From positions 1-53,002 of the forward strand of contig DAOORA010000025.1 in the NCBI GenBank assembly GCA_035389045.1: a DNA stretch of 53,002 nucleotides, read 5' to 3'. This document shows positions 18,147 through 28,310 of the stretch, one piece after another (position 1 is the first letter of the stretch; each line of letters starts with the position of its first letter). Source of the stretch: Bacteroidales bacterium (lineage in GTDB: Bacteria; Bacteroidota; Bacteroidia; Bacteroidales; CAIWKO01). Position numbers and translations under genes: made by a program. Below the pieces are notes generated by a model that was given only the letters and a program-made list of their open reading frames with translations, was not told the DNA's origin and made no database searches.

Positions 18147-19751
18147 ATACTTGTAACAGGTATTAAGCGTATTTTTATTCTTTTTGTGAACAAAGAAAAT
18201 AGGTTTATAAAACCGCCTGCTTTTTTTACTCCACAAAAAAGGTTTACGTTTTAATATCCCGATATGATGTTTATTATTAATATTTTTTGCTTGAACTTTT
18301 TCATCATGGTGAGCCTCTTCAGGCTCTTCAACATGAATGGTAATGGTATTTGACGCTACGGTATTATGGCCCGAACCTTCATGATCCGGTGTCATTACAA
18401 CACTCACTTTATCTCCATTTTTAAATTTATTAAAGGTAAGTTCACTGGAATTTCCTCCTATAGTTATTCCGTTTATTTTCCATTGAAATTTTGGGTTAGA
18501 TCCGCCATTTTCTGAGAATGCAATACATGTCAGTGATTTCCCTTTCTGAATCGTTGAAGATCCTGAAACTTCAATGCTCACGGATGGTTTTTCGGAAGAC
18601 AGCACACTCATCACGATTTCATTTGAAATAACTGTCCTGTTGATTTTACAGGGATTGTCAATGCTGACAATAAGCCGAACCACATCCCCGTCAATCAGGC
18701 TGGCCGATGTGAATGTTTCTGAGTTTCCTGCATCTGTGCCGTTTACCTGCCATTGATAATAGGTTTTTTTGCTATTGTTGCCTGTTTCAGCCCTGAAAGT
18801 TACTAAGACACCCTCTGTGATGACATTGTCCGGAAAAGCTTTTATATTGGCTGCATAATGAGTTTCATTGTTTAAATCAAGATCGCTTCCGTTATCATTG
18901 CCGATTATCGCCGGTGAAGAGCTGATCACCCGTATTCTGTACTTTGAAGAAGCGACAATATCGCAGGGCAGGCTGCATGCAATTGTTCCTGAATTTGCGT
19001 TTGATTTCAAATCGCTAAGGTTTATTTGACTGGAAAAACTTCCGTCCGCATCCGAAAGTTGAACTGTAAAGACATTGTCGGCATGGAATGACCCTTTTGC
19101 CGTGAAAGGGACCATCACGGTATTACATGCACAAAACGGACTTCCAGAAATTTTTTGGGTTATTATTTCGTTTTCCGGATTGGCAAATGAAAAATTATCG
19201 ACCTGAGCCCATTTGCTTATGTCAGTGATACCGGCAAGTTGAACAGTAATATATTTTCCGCTGATGGGAGCAATAAAACTAAACGTGCGTCTTGTCCACA
19301 CAGCAAGCACAGGCATTTCAGCTGTACATACCGGAATGCCGAACGTGTTTTTTTCTGTGGAAATCCCGATCTGAAATTCCTGTGGAATAAAACCTGCCCC
19401 GGCTTTATCCCAGAAAGAAATGGAATACGTTTTTCCTTCTATCAATGAGGAAGTCAGTTCCATTGAAATGGCATCGGTTCCTCCTCCGGTTAATGCTACA
19501 AACCACGCTCCGCTTTGTGCGGCGCCGCTGTAAACAGTAGAGTTAATAATATCCATATCTCCATACGTTCCGAAAGCATAGGTATGTGCCATCATCGAAC
19601 TGAAAGCTTCGTTCGAAAGGTTAATCTGGTCGACACCCGGAGGAGCCGTCGTTTGTTCAAAATCACCGTTGATAAACTCCTGGGCAGGTAACACCAGGAC
19701 AATAGAAAAATTAAGTAATGCCGCTAATGATAGGATTATGGATTTTTTCAT
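18144..19751 (-). CDS. secreted protein with a carbohydrate-binding-like N-domain and Ig-like repeats
   Basis: Signal peptide MKKSIILSLAALL, NGDFE start, FTVQLSDADGSFS module, two (Y/F)QWxxNG..DGD/NGD Ig-like repeats, basic C-terminal tail; ATG at 19751 chosen. Confidence 0.75.
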   Translation of the reverse strand: MKKSIILSLAALLNFSIVLVLPAQEFINGDFEQTTAPPGVDQINLSNEAFSSMMAHTYAFGTYGDMDIINSTVYSGAAQSGAWFVALTGGGTDAISMELTSSLIEGKTYSISFWDKAGAGFIPQEFQIGISTEKNTFGIPVCTAEMPVLAVWTRRTFSFIAPISGKYITVQLAGITDISKWAQVDNFSFANPENEIITQKISGSPFCACNTVMVPFTAKGSFHADNVFTVQLSDADGSFSSQINLSDLKSNANSGTIACSLPCDIVASSKYRIRVISSSPAIIGNDNGSDLDLNNETHYAANIKAFPDNVITEGVLVTFRAETGNNSKKTYYQWQVNGTDAGNSETFTSASLIDGDVVRLIVSIDNPCKINRTVISNEIVMSVLSSEKPSVSIEVSGSSTIQKGKSLTCIAFSENGGSNPKFQWKINGITIGGNSSELTFNKFKNGDKVSVVMTPDHEGSGHNTVASNTITIHVEEPEEAHHDEKVQAKNINNKHHIGILKRKPFLWSKKSRRFYKPIFFVHKKNKNTLNTCYKY

Positions 19752-19841
19752 GGCCGGTTTTTTTTGGTGAAAACACCCTATAGAGATCAAAAACCGGAAA
19801 TTCCATAATAAGAAAGTCTTTTATAGTGTCTTGTTCATTGA

Positions 19842-20918
19842 TTAATTGCTGATGCTTAGCTTTGCTTTTATTTCATCAGGCATGGCATCTTTATGCACCA
19901 GTATGGCGATGGTTTTTAAGCGGATATAGTTTTCGGAGAGGTACCAATAACCGTCAATGCCTTTCTTGTCGCCCCATGAATTTTTGGTAAGATAATACCG
20001 TGTCCCGTCTTTGGACTCAGCAATTCCGGTGATATGCATCAGATGGTCATCCGTAACGGAGAAATCCTCAAAGGCCTTTTGACGGTCGCTTTGAGTGACT
20101 TTGACCTTTTCATTGGCGGTGGTGGCATAACCCTTGTTTTCCGTAAAACTGTCGTTGTCGCTGACATCCCCGTCCCAGCAAATAGTATATCCTTTGTCTA
20201 TGGCATTATTCATCACACGTATCAGCTCATCAACCGGTACATTGTAATATTTTTCAAACATCCAGTTGTCGGGCACTTCCAGAACAAATGGCTTATAAAA
20301 CGGATGATTGGAGTAGGAGGTAAGCTCAATATAGTTTTCTGCATGAAGACCCACTGAGGCTGCAAAACTTTGCGGCGTAAAGGTTTTTTCCCCGAAAATG
20401 AATTTCTCCGGCATAAGCCCCAGGTAAATATCCATAATGCTGTCTAAAGAAAGTTTCCACTTTTCGTTTGCTGCGCGCGCAGGCATTTTTATTACAGAAT
20501 CCATGATTTTTAGAAGTGCGTTGTCCAGTGCGATATGATCGTGATATTCTTTGCCGCCAAGGCCGTCATAGACCTTTTCCGGCACAGCGCCGTATTCGCT
20601 GAACAGGTAAGTAATGTCATGTGCCTGACCGCCGGGGCCGAAATTGCTCTTTCCCTGGAAGTGGTAATAGTTATATGCCTTTATCGGATAGGCCTTTCGT
20701 ACATAGAACATTTCCGAAAGGTCGTATTCCCCTTTACCCATGCGCAACAGCTCACTTTCAAAAAACGATACGGTGGCAAAACTCCAGCAGGTGCTCGACA
20801 TGGCCTGGTTTTTTACCGGTGTTGTCTTTAGTTCTTTGATGATGTTCATCTTTTCTTTCTGCCCGGCAACGGGCAAAGTAATCAGTATGGATAAAAGAAA
20901 TATAAAATGTTTTTTCAT
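19842..20918 (-). CDS. C1-family cysteine peptidase (aminopeptidase C / bleomycin hydrolase-like)
   Basis: PVKNQAMSSTCWSFA (catalytic Cys), DLSEMF, DDHLMHITG (His), KNSWG (Asn); signal peptide. Confidence 0.92.
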   Translation of the reverse strand: MKKHFIFLLSILITLPVAGQKEKMNIIKELKTTPVKNQAMSSTCWSFATVSFFESELLRMGKGEYDLSEMFYVRKAYPIKAYNYYHFQGKSNFGPGGQAHDITYLFSEYGAVPEKVYDGLGGKEYHDHIALDNALLKIMDSVIKMPARAANEKWKLSLDSIMDIYLGLMPEKFIFGEKTFTPQSFAASVGLHAENYIELTSYSNHPFYKPFVLEVPDNWMFEKYYNVPVDELIRVMNNAIDKGYTICWDGDVSDNDSFTENKGYATTANEKVKVTQSDRQKAFEDFSVTDDHLMHITGIAESKDGTRYYLTKNSWGDKKGIDGYWYLSENYIRLKTIAILVHKDAMPDEIKAKLSISN

Positions 20919-20932
20919 AAAATATTTTTTTG

Positions 20933-20940
20933 CAAATATA
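20933..20940 (-). promoter_or_regulatory. -7 element TATATTTG for the C1 peptidase
   Basis: TAnnTTTG 14 nt upstream of the ATG. Confidence 0.6.
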
Positions 20941-20985
20941 ATTTATTTAATTTCGTAGATGATCATCTGTTGACCGTTAAATCCG

Positions 20986-21390
20986 ATGGAAAAAGATAAA
21001 GAATTCCTAAAAGAACTTACGTTCAGGACTTCGAGGAGTCCGGGCAAGGGGGGGCAAAACGTCAATAAGGTATCCACCAAAGTAGAACTTATCTTCGATG
21101 TGGAGTCATCATTATTTTTTACCCCGGATGAAAAACAGCAGATATTGTCCAAATCAGGCAGATATGTTAAAAATGACGGTTTCATACATATTCAATGCTC
21201 TGAAGGCCGTTCACAGTATCTCAATAAAAAGGGAGCTATTGAAAAACTTCTGAAATGGATTGATAAATGTCTTAAACCTGTGAAAGAACGCATACAGACC
21301 GAAATACCGGATGAAGAAAAAGAAAAACGCATTACCGAAAAAAAACTTCAGTCGGAGAAAAAGCAGGTTAGAAAAAAAGTGGATCTATGA
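20986..21390 (+). CDS. arfB: alternative ribosome rescue peptidyl-tRNA hydrolase ArfB
   Basis: SRSPGKGGQNVNKVSTKV (GGQ motif), RSQYLNK, basic C-terminal tail. Confidence 0.92.
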   Translation: MEKDKEFLKELTFRTSRSPGKGGQNVNKVSTKVELIFDVESSLFFTPDEKQQILSKSGRYVKNDGFIHIQCSEGRSQYLNKKGAIEKLLKWIDKCLKPVKERIQTEIPDEEKEKRITEKKLQSEKKQVRKKVDL

Positions 21391-21557
21391 TCGTTGCTGA
21401 CTGGTTTTCTGGAATGAAATAATTCATTAAAAAATTTTTCCGATACTAAGAAACAATTTCTAAGTGCCGGGGTAACTGCCGCCCAAAATGGTCTTTGCAC
21501 GCTTCAGACCCTCTGGAGTAAACACCCCAACACTTTCAGATACATTACGGATGTTTA

Positions 21558-22328
21558 CTAAAAACCTTTTTCTTTGAGTATTTTCCTGGTTTCTTTATAC
21601 CCGATATCGTACATTTTATCCCCCTTGGCAGCATCCATCATAGAAAATTTATGAAGCTCGGCGGGTTCGATAAAAATATCAAACTTAGGTATCTTATGTG
21701 CCATAAGCTGGTTCAGCGCCATATTTATTGCACGGTCGGCAACATTGGTCATCCCGTTGAACTTAGTCTCGCGTCTGACGGGATTTACATTGACGCCGAT
21801 CAGCATCTCACAATCATTTTCAATGGGTTCCAGAGGGAGGTTGTTCAGAACACCGCCGTCAATATAGGTTATATCGTCTATGACCATAGGCTGAAAAATA
21901 ACGGGTATGGTGCATGAAGCTATGATATAGCGGACCAGTTCTCCCTGCGAAAAATACTCTATCCGGGCTTCATTCAGATTGGTCAGTGTTACGATCAGCG
22001 GAATGTTCAGATCTTCAAAAGTCCTTGCACGCAGCCTGGAAAGCAGGGTTTTATATAAGCCTGTCATGCGTACCAGGCCCCTGTTGGGGACAATGAATTC
22101 CAGGAATTTATATAAACTCTTGTTGATAAAAATACTGTAAATTTCTTCGGGCTTATAGCCGTCGGCATAAAGCGCTCCTACAATGGATCCTGCGCTGACA
22201 CCGGAGATCACATCAGGATATATTCCCGCTTCATTCAGGGCTCTCAGCACGCCGGCATGTGCAAAACCTCTTAAAGCCCCGCCACTGAGCACTAAACCTG
22301 TTTCAAATTTTTTCTTTGTCTTTACCAT
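21558..22328 (-). CDS. patatin-like phospholipase
   Basis: LSGGALRGFAH, GVSAG (catalytic Ser), DGG motif. Confidence 0.92.
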   Translation of the reverse strand: MVKTKKKFETGLVLSGGALRGFAHAGVLRALNEAGIYPDVISGVSAGSIVGALYADGYKPEEIYSIFINKSLYKFLEFIVPNRGLVRMTGLYKTLLSRLRARTFEDLNIPLIVTLTNLNEARIEYFSQGELVRYIIASCTIPVIFQPMVIDDITYIDGGVLNNLPLEPIENDCEMLIGVNVNPVRRETKFNGMTNVADRAINMALNQLMAHKIPKFDIFIEPAELHKFSMMDAAKGDKMYDIGYKETRKILKEKGF

Positions 22329-22452
22329 CTCTCAGCATTGCTTTTGTTGGGGAAAATAAAAAAAATATCGTAATTAAATGATTCAACTGCTGCAAAATAT
22401 CAATCAGAATGTAAAAGATGTATGTAACAACAGAGATATCAAATGTTCGGAT

Positions 22453-22818
22453 CTAATTCACTATAAGCGCTTCAACAATCTTGTCAACGGACAACATTTT
22501 TCTGTCTAACAGATGTTTTTCACCATTTTTAAAGTTAAGGACAGCTTTATTACCTGAATCATCTTTTAGTATTTCTATTCTTTCAATATTACTTTTAGTA
22601 ATGAAAACATGATTGGTAAACTGTTGTTTTTTAAATAACAATGACGTGGCAAGTAAAGCCTGAACCCCGCCCATGACTTTAGTTTCAAATAAAATCCTTT
22701 TATTTGTTATAGTAAGTGAACCGAAAAAATTTGTACCATCAACAAAAGTGTAGTTCAAATCCCACGTGTTAATTTCTTTCTCATTCTTGAGTAATGAACC
22801 TTTGTATATTGCTTCCAT
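22453..22818 (-). CDS. hypothetical protein (possible PH/GRAM-like fold)
   Basis: 121 aa; GSLTITNKRILF motif; own TATATTTG promoter at 22848-22855. Confidence 0.65.
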   Translation of the reverse strand: MEAIYKGSLLKNEKEINTWDLNYTFVDGTNFFGSLTITNKRILFETKVMGGVQALLATSLLFKKQQFTNHVFITKSNIERIEILKDDSGNKAVLNFKNGEKHLLDRKMLSVDKIVEALIVN

Positions 22819-23000
22819 CGTGATGATGTCGATTTACAAAATATGTACAAATATAGTAATAAAAAATTCATTTGTCAAGTTTTTTTAAAATTATATAAAA
22901 AAAATAATTTTTTACTTATTGAAGAATTATGTTTTGTTTTAAGCCTTACATTTTTAAATTGTATAATTTCGCAAAAAAATAGTGTTCACTTAATAATCGA

Positions 23001-24338
23001 ATGATGAAAAAGGTATTGATTTTGGGCGCCGGTATGGTTGCCAATCCGATAATTCAATATTTGTTAGGTAAAAACGTAATGCTGACTGTAGCTGCGCTTA
23101 ATTACGAGGAAGCCAGGCGCATGGTGGGCGATGCCAAAAACGGCAAAGCTTTGCACTGGACTGTTGATGAAACAGAAGCCCTCGACTGCATGGTCGCTGA
23201 AAACGATGTGGTTGTCAGCCTGATACCTTATGCATATCACCTGATGGTGGCTAAAAGCTGTATTAAGCACCGGAAACACCTGGTTACCGCATCTTATGCC
23301 AAACCCGAAATGTATGCACTTGATGGTCAGGCTAAAGAAGCCGGCGTGATCCTTTTAAATGAAGCAGGCCTTGATCCGGGTATTGACCATATGTCTGCCA
23401 TGCGTATCATTGATCATGTGCATGGCAAAGGCGGCAACATAGAGTCTTTTTATTCATTATGCGGCGCTTTACCGGCGCCCGAAGCTTGTGATAATCCATT
23501 TAATTACAAGTTTTCATGGAGCCCCAAAGGAGTGGTGCTCGCCGGAAATAATGATGCTGTGTACCTGATGAAAGGCAAAACCGTCGAAATTCCTACGGCT
23601 GATCTGTTTAAAAATACGATGGTTCTTGATTTTCCCGGGGTCGGCCCACTCGATATTTACCCGAACCGGGATTCTTTGTCCTATGTGAAAATTTACGGCA
23701 TTCCCGAAACAAAAACCATGTTCAGGGGAACCTTCCGTTTTAAGGGTTGGTGCGAGACACTCGACGTGATGAAGGCTCTGAAATGTACGTTGCCTGATAA
23801 GCATGATTTCAGCGGAAAAACTTTTGCCGGAGCCGTGGCCCTGGTCAATGGTTTTACCAACGAAAAAGACATAAAAAATCAAGCTGCCGCATGGCTCAAA
23901 ATTGATGAAAACTCTTATGCCATCAATGCCATGGAATGGCTGGGATTGTTCAGTGATCAGACGATGAACCGCCATGAAGATTCGATGTATGAGATCACTT
24001 CCGACCTGATGATCGAAAAGATGATGATCACCGGGGACGACCGGGATATGGTGGTGATGATGCATATTTTTAAAGCTGTTTATCCCGATGGTACTGCAGA
24101 GGTGATAAAATCAAGGATGCTCGACTTTGGCAGCCTGAAAACAGATACTTCCATTGCCCGGACTGTGGCATTACCTGCTGCTATTGCTGTAGAAATGATC
24201 CTGAACCACGAGATCAATGTTACCGGTGTTCATATTCCCGTGATTCCCGAAATCTATAATCCCATTTTGGACAATTTGGAAAAGTTGAATATTAAAATGA
24301 TCGAAGAATACGGACTTTCCCTGGACGAAGAGTTATAA
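23001..24338 (+). CDS. saccharopine dehydrogenase (NADP, glutamate-forming type)
   Basis: [75 protein letters not shown]. Confidence 0.92.
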   Translation: MMKKVLILGAGMVANPIIQYLLGKNVMLTVAALNYEEARRMVGDAKNGKALHWTVDETEALDCMVAENDVVVSLIPYAYHLMVAKSCIKHRKHLVTASYAKPEMYALDGQAKEAGVILLNEAGLDPGIDHMSAMRIIDHVHGKGGNIESFYSLCGALPAPEACDNPFNYKFSWSPKGVVLAGNNDAVYLMKGKTVEIPTADLFKNTMVLDFPGVGPLDIYPNRDSLSYVKIYGIPETKTMFRGTFRFKGWCETLDVMKALKCTLPDKHDFSGKTFAGAVALVNGFTNEKDIKNQAAAWLKIDENSYAINAMEWLGLFSDQTMNRHEDSMYEITSDLMIEKMMITGDDRDMVVMMHIFKAVYPDGTAEVIKSRMLDFGSLKTDTSIARTVALPAAIAVEMILNHEINVTGVHIPVIPEIYNPILDNLEKLNIKMIEEYGLSLDEEL

Positions 24339-24351
24339 ACAACAGCATCAC

Positions 24352-25074
24352 ATGAAATTCGGAAAATGGATAGGCGGAGGGCTTGGATGGGCATTTGGAG
24401 GGCCTATCGGAGCAATTCTGGGTTTTGTTTTCGGATCGGTAATAGACAATATCACAGTTACCACCAGCGTTTCAGGTGTGCAGCATCCGACACAACAGGG
24501 TGATTTCATTGCAAGCCTGCTGGTGCTGACGGCTGCGGTCATGAAGGCTGACGGAAATGTGGTGAGATCAGAGCTGGATTATGTGAAACGTACATTCTTA
24601 CAGCAATTTACTGAAGAACAGACCAGGGAACACATGCTGGTGCTTCGCAATATTTTAAAACAGGATATCCCTGTTCATGACGTATGCAGTCAGATTGCCC
24701 ATTATATGGATTACTCGTCCCGTCTTCAGCTTCTGCACTATTTGTTCGGTATTTCGTTGTCCGACAATTTGGCTCATCCCAGCGAGATCAGGGTTATAGA
24801 AATAATTGCATCGAATCTGCGAATTTCCCAGGCCGACTTTAATTCTATTAAAGCCATGTTTGTGAAAGAAACCGACAGCGCTTACAAAATTCTTGAGGTT
24901 GATCCTTCAGTCAGTGACGAAGAATTGAAAAAAGCTTACCGCAAAATGGCGCTGAAATACCATCCCGACAAAGTAAGTCATCTTGGACAGGAAATGCAGA
25001 AGGCAGCTAACGAAAAGTTCCAGCAGGTAAATGCCGCTTACGAGGAAATAAAAAAGCAGCGCGGCCTTAATTGA
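24352..25074 (+). CDS. djlA: DjlA-like co-chaperone (TerB-like domain + C-terminal J domain)
   Basis: [19 protein letters not shown]-terminus, [21 protein letters not shown]. Confidence 0.85.
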   Translation: MKFGKWIGGGLGWAFGGPIGAILGFVFGSVIDNITVTTSVSGVQHPTQQGDFIASLLVLTAAVMKADGNVVRSELDYVKRTFLQQFTEEQTREHMLVLRNILKQDIPVHDVCSQIAHYMDYSSRLQLLHYLFGISLSDNLAHPSEIRVIEIIASNLRISQADFNSIKAMFVKETDSAYKILEVDPSVSDEELKKAYRKMALKYHPDKVSHLGQEMQKAANEKFQQVNAAYEEIKKQRGLN

Positions 25075-25227
25075 TTTCTCTTTTGGTCACGCAAAAAAGT
25101 AATACAGAAAAGTAATGTTGTTTCAATAATCAGTTCTGTTTTTACATACCAGCACCTCAAAAAAAGAAATTGCCTTTTTACCGCTGTAAAATTTATTCTA
25201 TATTTACATTCTTAAAACCTAAAAACC

Positions 25228-26256
25228 ATGAAAAAAACATTTTTTTATTCAGTTGCTTTGTTGTGTCTGCTTGCAGCATGTAATATGGGCCCTTCCTCCG
25301 AAGAAAAAAGCTCCAGGGAAAAATCAAAACAGGATTCTGTAGTTTCGGCAATGGATGAAGGATATGCAAGTGCTGTCCCTGCAGAGGAAAGTGAAGCAAA
25401 AGCTGATGAGGAAGGACAATTAGCTAAACAGGAAAAGAAAGCAGAACCTGTATGGGATTCTGCTTTTATCAAACTTAATTCAAGCCGCAAGCTCATCAAA
25501 ACAGCCAACCTGAATTTCAAGGTTAAAAATGTGGAGGATGCGACGCAGCAGATCGAACGGATCACGAAGCGCTTCGGCGGGTTCATACTTTCATCGTCGA
25601 TTAAAAACAATGTATATAGCTACGATGAATACCGGGTCGGCAGAGATTCGATGATGGTGGTGGGTGTGAATAAAATTGAAAATAATATCACGCTGAGAGT
25701 GCCCGAATTTGTTCTTGATTCGGCATTATTCTACATCGGTAAAATATGGGTAAAGCTTGATGAGCGAACCATTAATGCCCAGGATGTAACAATACAGATT
25801 TTGGCCAATGAACTCAGGGCGCAACTTTATCAGAAAACGGCAACCAAAATCAACAGCGCTGCCGACAATAACCAGAAAAAACTGAATGATGTGGTGAATG
25901 CGGAAGAAACTGCGGCAAATTATCTTGAAAATACCATCAATAAAAAGATTGAAAATTTAGAATTACAGGATAAAATAGACTTCAGCACGGTAACCCTGTT
26001 CATCTATCAGGACAAAATTCTTTACAGGGAAATGATTGCCAATGTGGACACAGAGCAATATGCTCAGAGCTTCGGCGGCGGGCTGGTTGATTCGCTAACT
26101 TTCGGGTGGAAAATATTCAAGGCGTTTCTGTTGTTTCTCGTCAAATGCTGGTCGCTTATACTGATAAGTGTTCTGATATTTTTAGCTGTCTGGTTTACGA
26201 TTAAGTTTTTTGTAAACCGTGGAAAAAGGAAAAGAGAGCGCCTGGAAAAGAAATAG
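25228..26256 (+). CDS. DUF4349-domain lipoprotein
   Basis: Lipobox LLAAC, RKLIKTANLNFKVKNVE..GGFI, TLRVP, DFSTVTL, C-terminal TM helix. Confidence 0.8.
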   Translation: MKKTFFYSVALLCLLAACNMGPSSEEKSSREKSKQDSVVSAMDEGYASAVPAEESEAKADEEGQLAKQEKKAEPVWDSAFIKLNSSRKLIKTANLNFKVKNVEDATQQIERITKRFGGFILSSSIKNNVYSYDEYRVGRDSMMVVGVNKIENNITLRVPEFVLDSALFYIGKIWVKLDERTINAQDVTIQILANELRAQLYQKTATKINSAADNNQKKLNDVVNAEETAANYLENTINKKIENLELQDKIDFSTVTLFIYQDKILYREMIANVDTEQYAQSFGGGLVDSLTFGWKIFKAFLLFLVKCWSLILISVLIFLAVWFTIKFFVNRGKRKRERLEKK

Positions 26257-26272
26257 GGCAGGGGGCATTTAT

Positions 26273-26950
26273 TTACTGCTCAAATCTGCGCATCAGGATA
26301 CATCCTGATCGGCTGCATATGATATAATGCGGGCCTCCGCCCACCATTAGCGGATCGGATAAATCATAATCTACGAACCAGTTTCCTCTATTGAGTTTTG
26401 CCTTAATTGTGTATACCGACAGGTCTCTGTATGCTTTTTGTGCATCTTTTTGTGCGATTTTTAAGGCGTTTTCACGGTCAACGAAAATCGTATCCGGTTT
26501 GGTCTTTTGAATCCCTTCGACCATCTTATGCCAGTCGTCTGTCCTGGTTTTAATACTTTCATCGGTATCGAGGCGGGAATAATAAGCCGAAATCGGGCAA
26601 GGGTCACTTTCATCGGAAATGAAGTAAACAGGATTTTTTTCTTCGTCGAATTTATCAATGACAATAATATGGTTATAGTTCTTATAATCAATGAGTGCGA
26701 TCGTTTTACCATTGAAAAACAGCTGTTTTGACATTATGCCTGTATCAGCCATTATTCCTGCTCTGTAAAGTTTTATCTGAACCCCGTTTTGTGTAATATA
26801 ATTTTTAACGAGGTCGAAATTTTTCTTTGTAAGACAACTGTCCTCACCATTCGCTTCGTTCGAAGAAGTTGTGGTCTGGTTGTTACACCCGGCCAATACA
26901 ATGGTAATGCTTGTAAATGCTAATAACAATAAGATTTTTAATGTTTTCAT
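26273..26950 (-). CDS. hypothetical lipoprotein with a small C-terminal domain (NTF2-fold immunity/PepSY-like)
   Basis: Lipobox LAGC; C-terminal ALKIA...W.V.Y...GGGPHYII...G.IL. Confidence 0.65.
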   Translation of the reverse strand: MKTLKILLLLAFTSITIVLAGCNNQTTTSSNEANGEDSCLTKKNFDLVKNYITQNGVQIKLYRAGIMADTGIMSKQLFFNGKTIALIDYKNYNHIIVIDKFDEEKNPVYFISDESDPCPISAYYSRLDTDESIKTRTDDWHKMVEGIQKTKPDTIFVDRENALKIAQKDAQKAYRDLSVYTIKAKLNRGNWFVDYDLSDPLMVGGGPHYIICSRSGCILMRRFEQ

Positions 26951-26971
26951 TTTGGTGCTGATTCGTGTGGG

Positions 26972-27871
26972 TTAACATATTGGTTGCCAAAATTCACTTT
27001 CAATAATAAATGCAATAAAGTCAGGTTTTAAAGGCGCTTTTTCACTTTCAATAATCTTAAAACGGGAATTGCTTCTGTCCCAGTCTAAGGTTACTGATTT
27101 GTATGTCAATCGCTCATACATCTTGTAACGGTAGTAAACATAAGATAGATCATGGCTAAGATTTATAAGTTTTTCATTATAATCAGCCCCTTCAACAATC
27201 TTATTAATAGCATTTTTTTCCGATTCGCTTAACGTTCCGTCATTTTTGCTCATTATTGCGAATATGGAATTTACATCTGGTATACTTTTTACAATATCCC
27301 TCAAATAATACATATATCTAACATTTGAATGTTCTCCTTGGTTTTCTTCAATGAAAAGACAAATTTCATCCGTGCATTCAACCATTAAACCTAAGGGCAC
27401 CAATTCCAGAGTAAATTTAGTTTTTGTTCCATATCTGGGTATATCAATGCTTAAATAAAAGACACTGAATTTGTCAGACAGATCAATTCCAGAAATATCC
27501 AGAAATGTTCCCAGGCCAAATCCGGCAGGCATAACATCCGACAGCTTTTCACTCGAAGATACCGAATGTTTATAAGTACAATTCCAGATGCTGGTATTCA
27601 GAAAGAAATAAGAACCGTCAGCCTTTTTATATGCTCCAACAATGGATCTGCAACCACAACCGCAGGGTGGCCATACTCCGGAAACTTCCAGATAGCCGTT
27701 ACTGCAGTCATCAATGATTTCCGGTTTCATGTCCGTATCTTCTCCTGATTCGATGGCTGAGTGGCACTGGTCGATATATTCCCACATTTGTGTTTTTAGT
27801 GAGCCGATCTTTTGACTAATTGCACCATGGCTGATCAATGAAAATACTATCATAGAAATGAAAATACGCAT
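26972..27871 (-). CDS. hypothetical secreted Cys-containing protein
   Basis: 299 aa; signal peptide; NGYLEVSGVWPPCGCGC motif; promoter TATATTTG at 27938-27945. Confidence 0.7.
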   Translation of the reverse strand: MRIFISMIVFSLISHGAISQKIGSLKTQMWEYIDQCHSAIESGEDTDMKPEIIDDCSNGYLEVSGVWPPCGCGCRSIVGAYKKADGSYFFLNTSIWNCTYKHSVSSSEKLSDVMPAGFGLGTFLDISGIDLSDKFSVFYLSIDIPRYGTKTKFTLELVPLGLMVECTDEICLFIEENQGEHSNVRYMYYLRDIVKSIPDVNSIFAIMSKNDGTLSESEKNAINKIVEGADYNEKLINLSHDLSYVYYRYKMYERLTYKSVTLDWDRSNSRFKIIESEKAPLKPDFIAFIIESEFWQPIC

Positions 27872-28210
27872 GACTTTCTGTATTAATTTTTGTAATGACT
27901 TTTATCAAACAACACCCTGTCTGACATAAATATTAGCCAAATATAAGATGCTTCGATGAATTTGCAAAATTTATCTATGAATATCTTACAGCATTCTTTA
28001 ATAGTGTCTGTATTTAATGTTCATGTCTGAGTCAGTAAGTGTGAGTTTAATGCCGGCGCAGCCTGAAAGGCAGGAATTTTATAGCGTAAATTAATGTACG
28101 AAAAACAAGCATATCCATGCCCGACTTGGCTTGAGAGGCGATAAAATATATAGTATACTGTTATAAATTCATTGTACCTGGTATGCCATAGCAAGCACAT
28201 TTATAACGAA

Positions 28211-28245
28211 TTTTACCCCGTCTGACCCTGTCAGACGGGGTAAAA
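28211..28245. terminator. perfect 16-bp stem hairpin, probable intrinsic terminator of the PKD gene
   Basis: TTTTACCCCGTCTGAC-CCT-GTCAGACGGGGTAAAA, 65 nt downstream of the PKD gene stop. Confidence 0.6.
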
Positions 28246-28310
28246 CCTAAGGTTTTCCACAGACACTACCTGGATAAAAATAATTGGAATTACAACTAAT
28301 TCCGCTTGTT

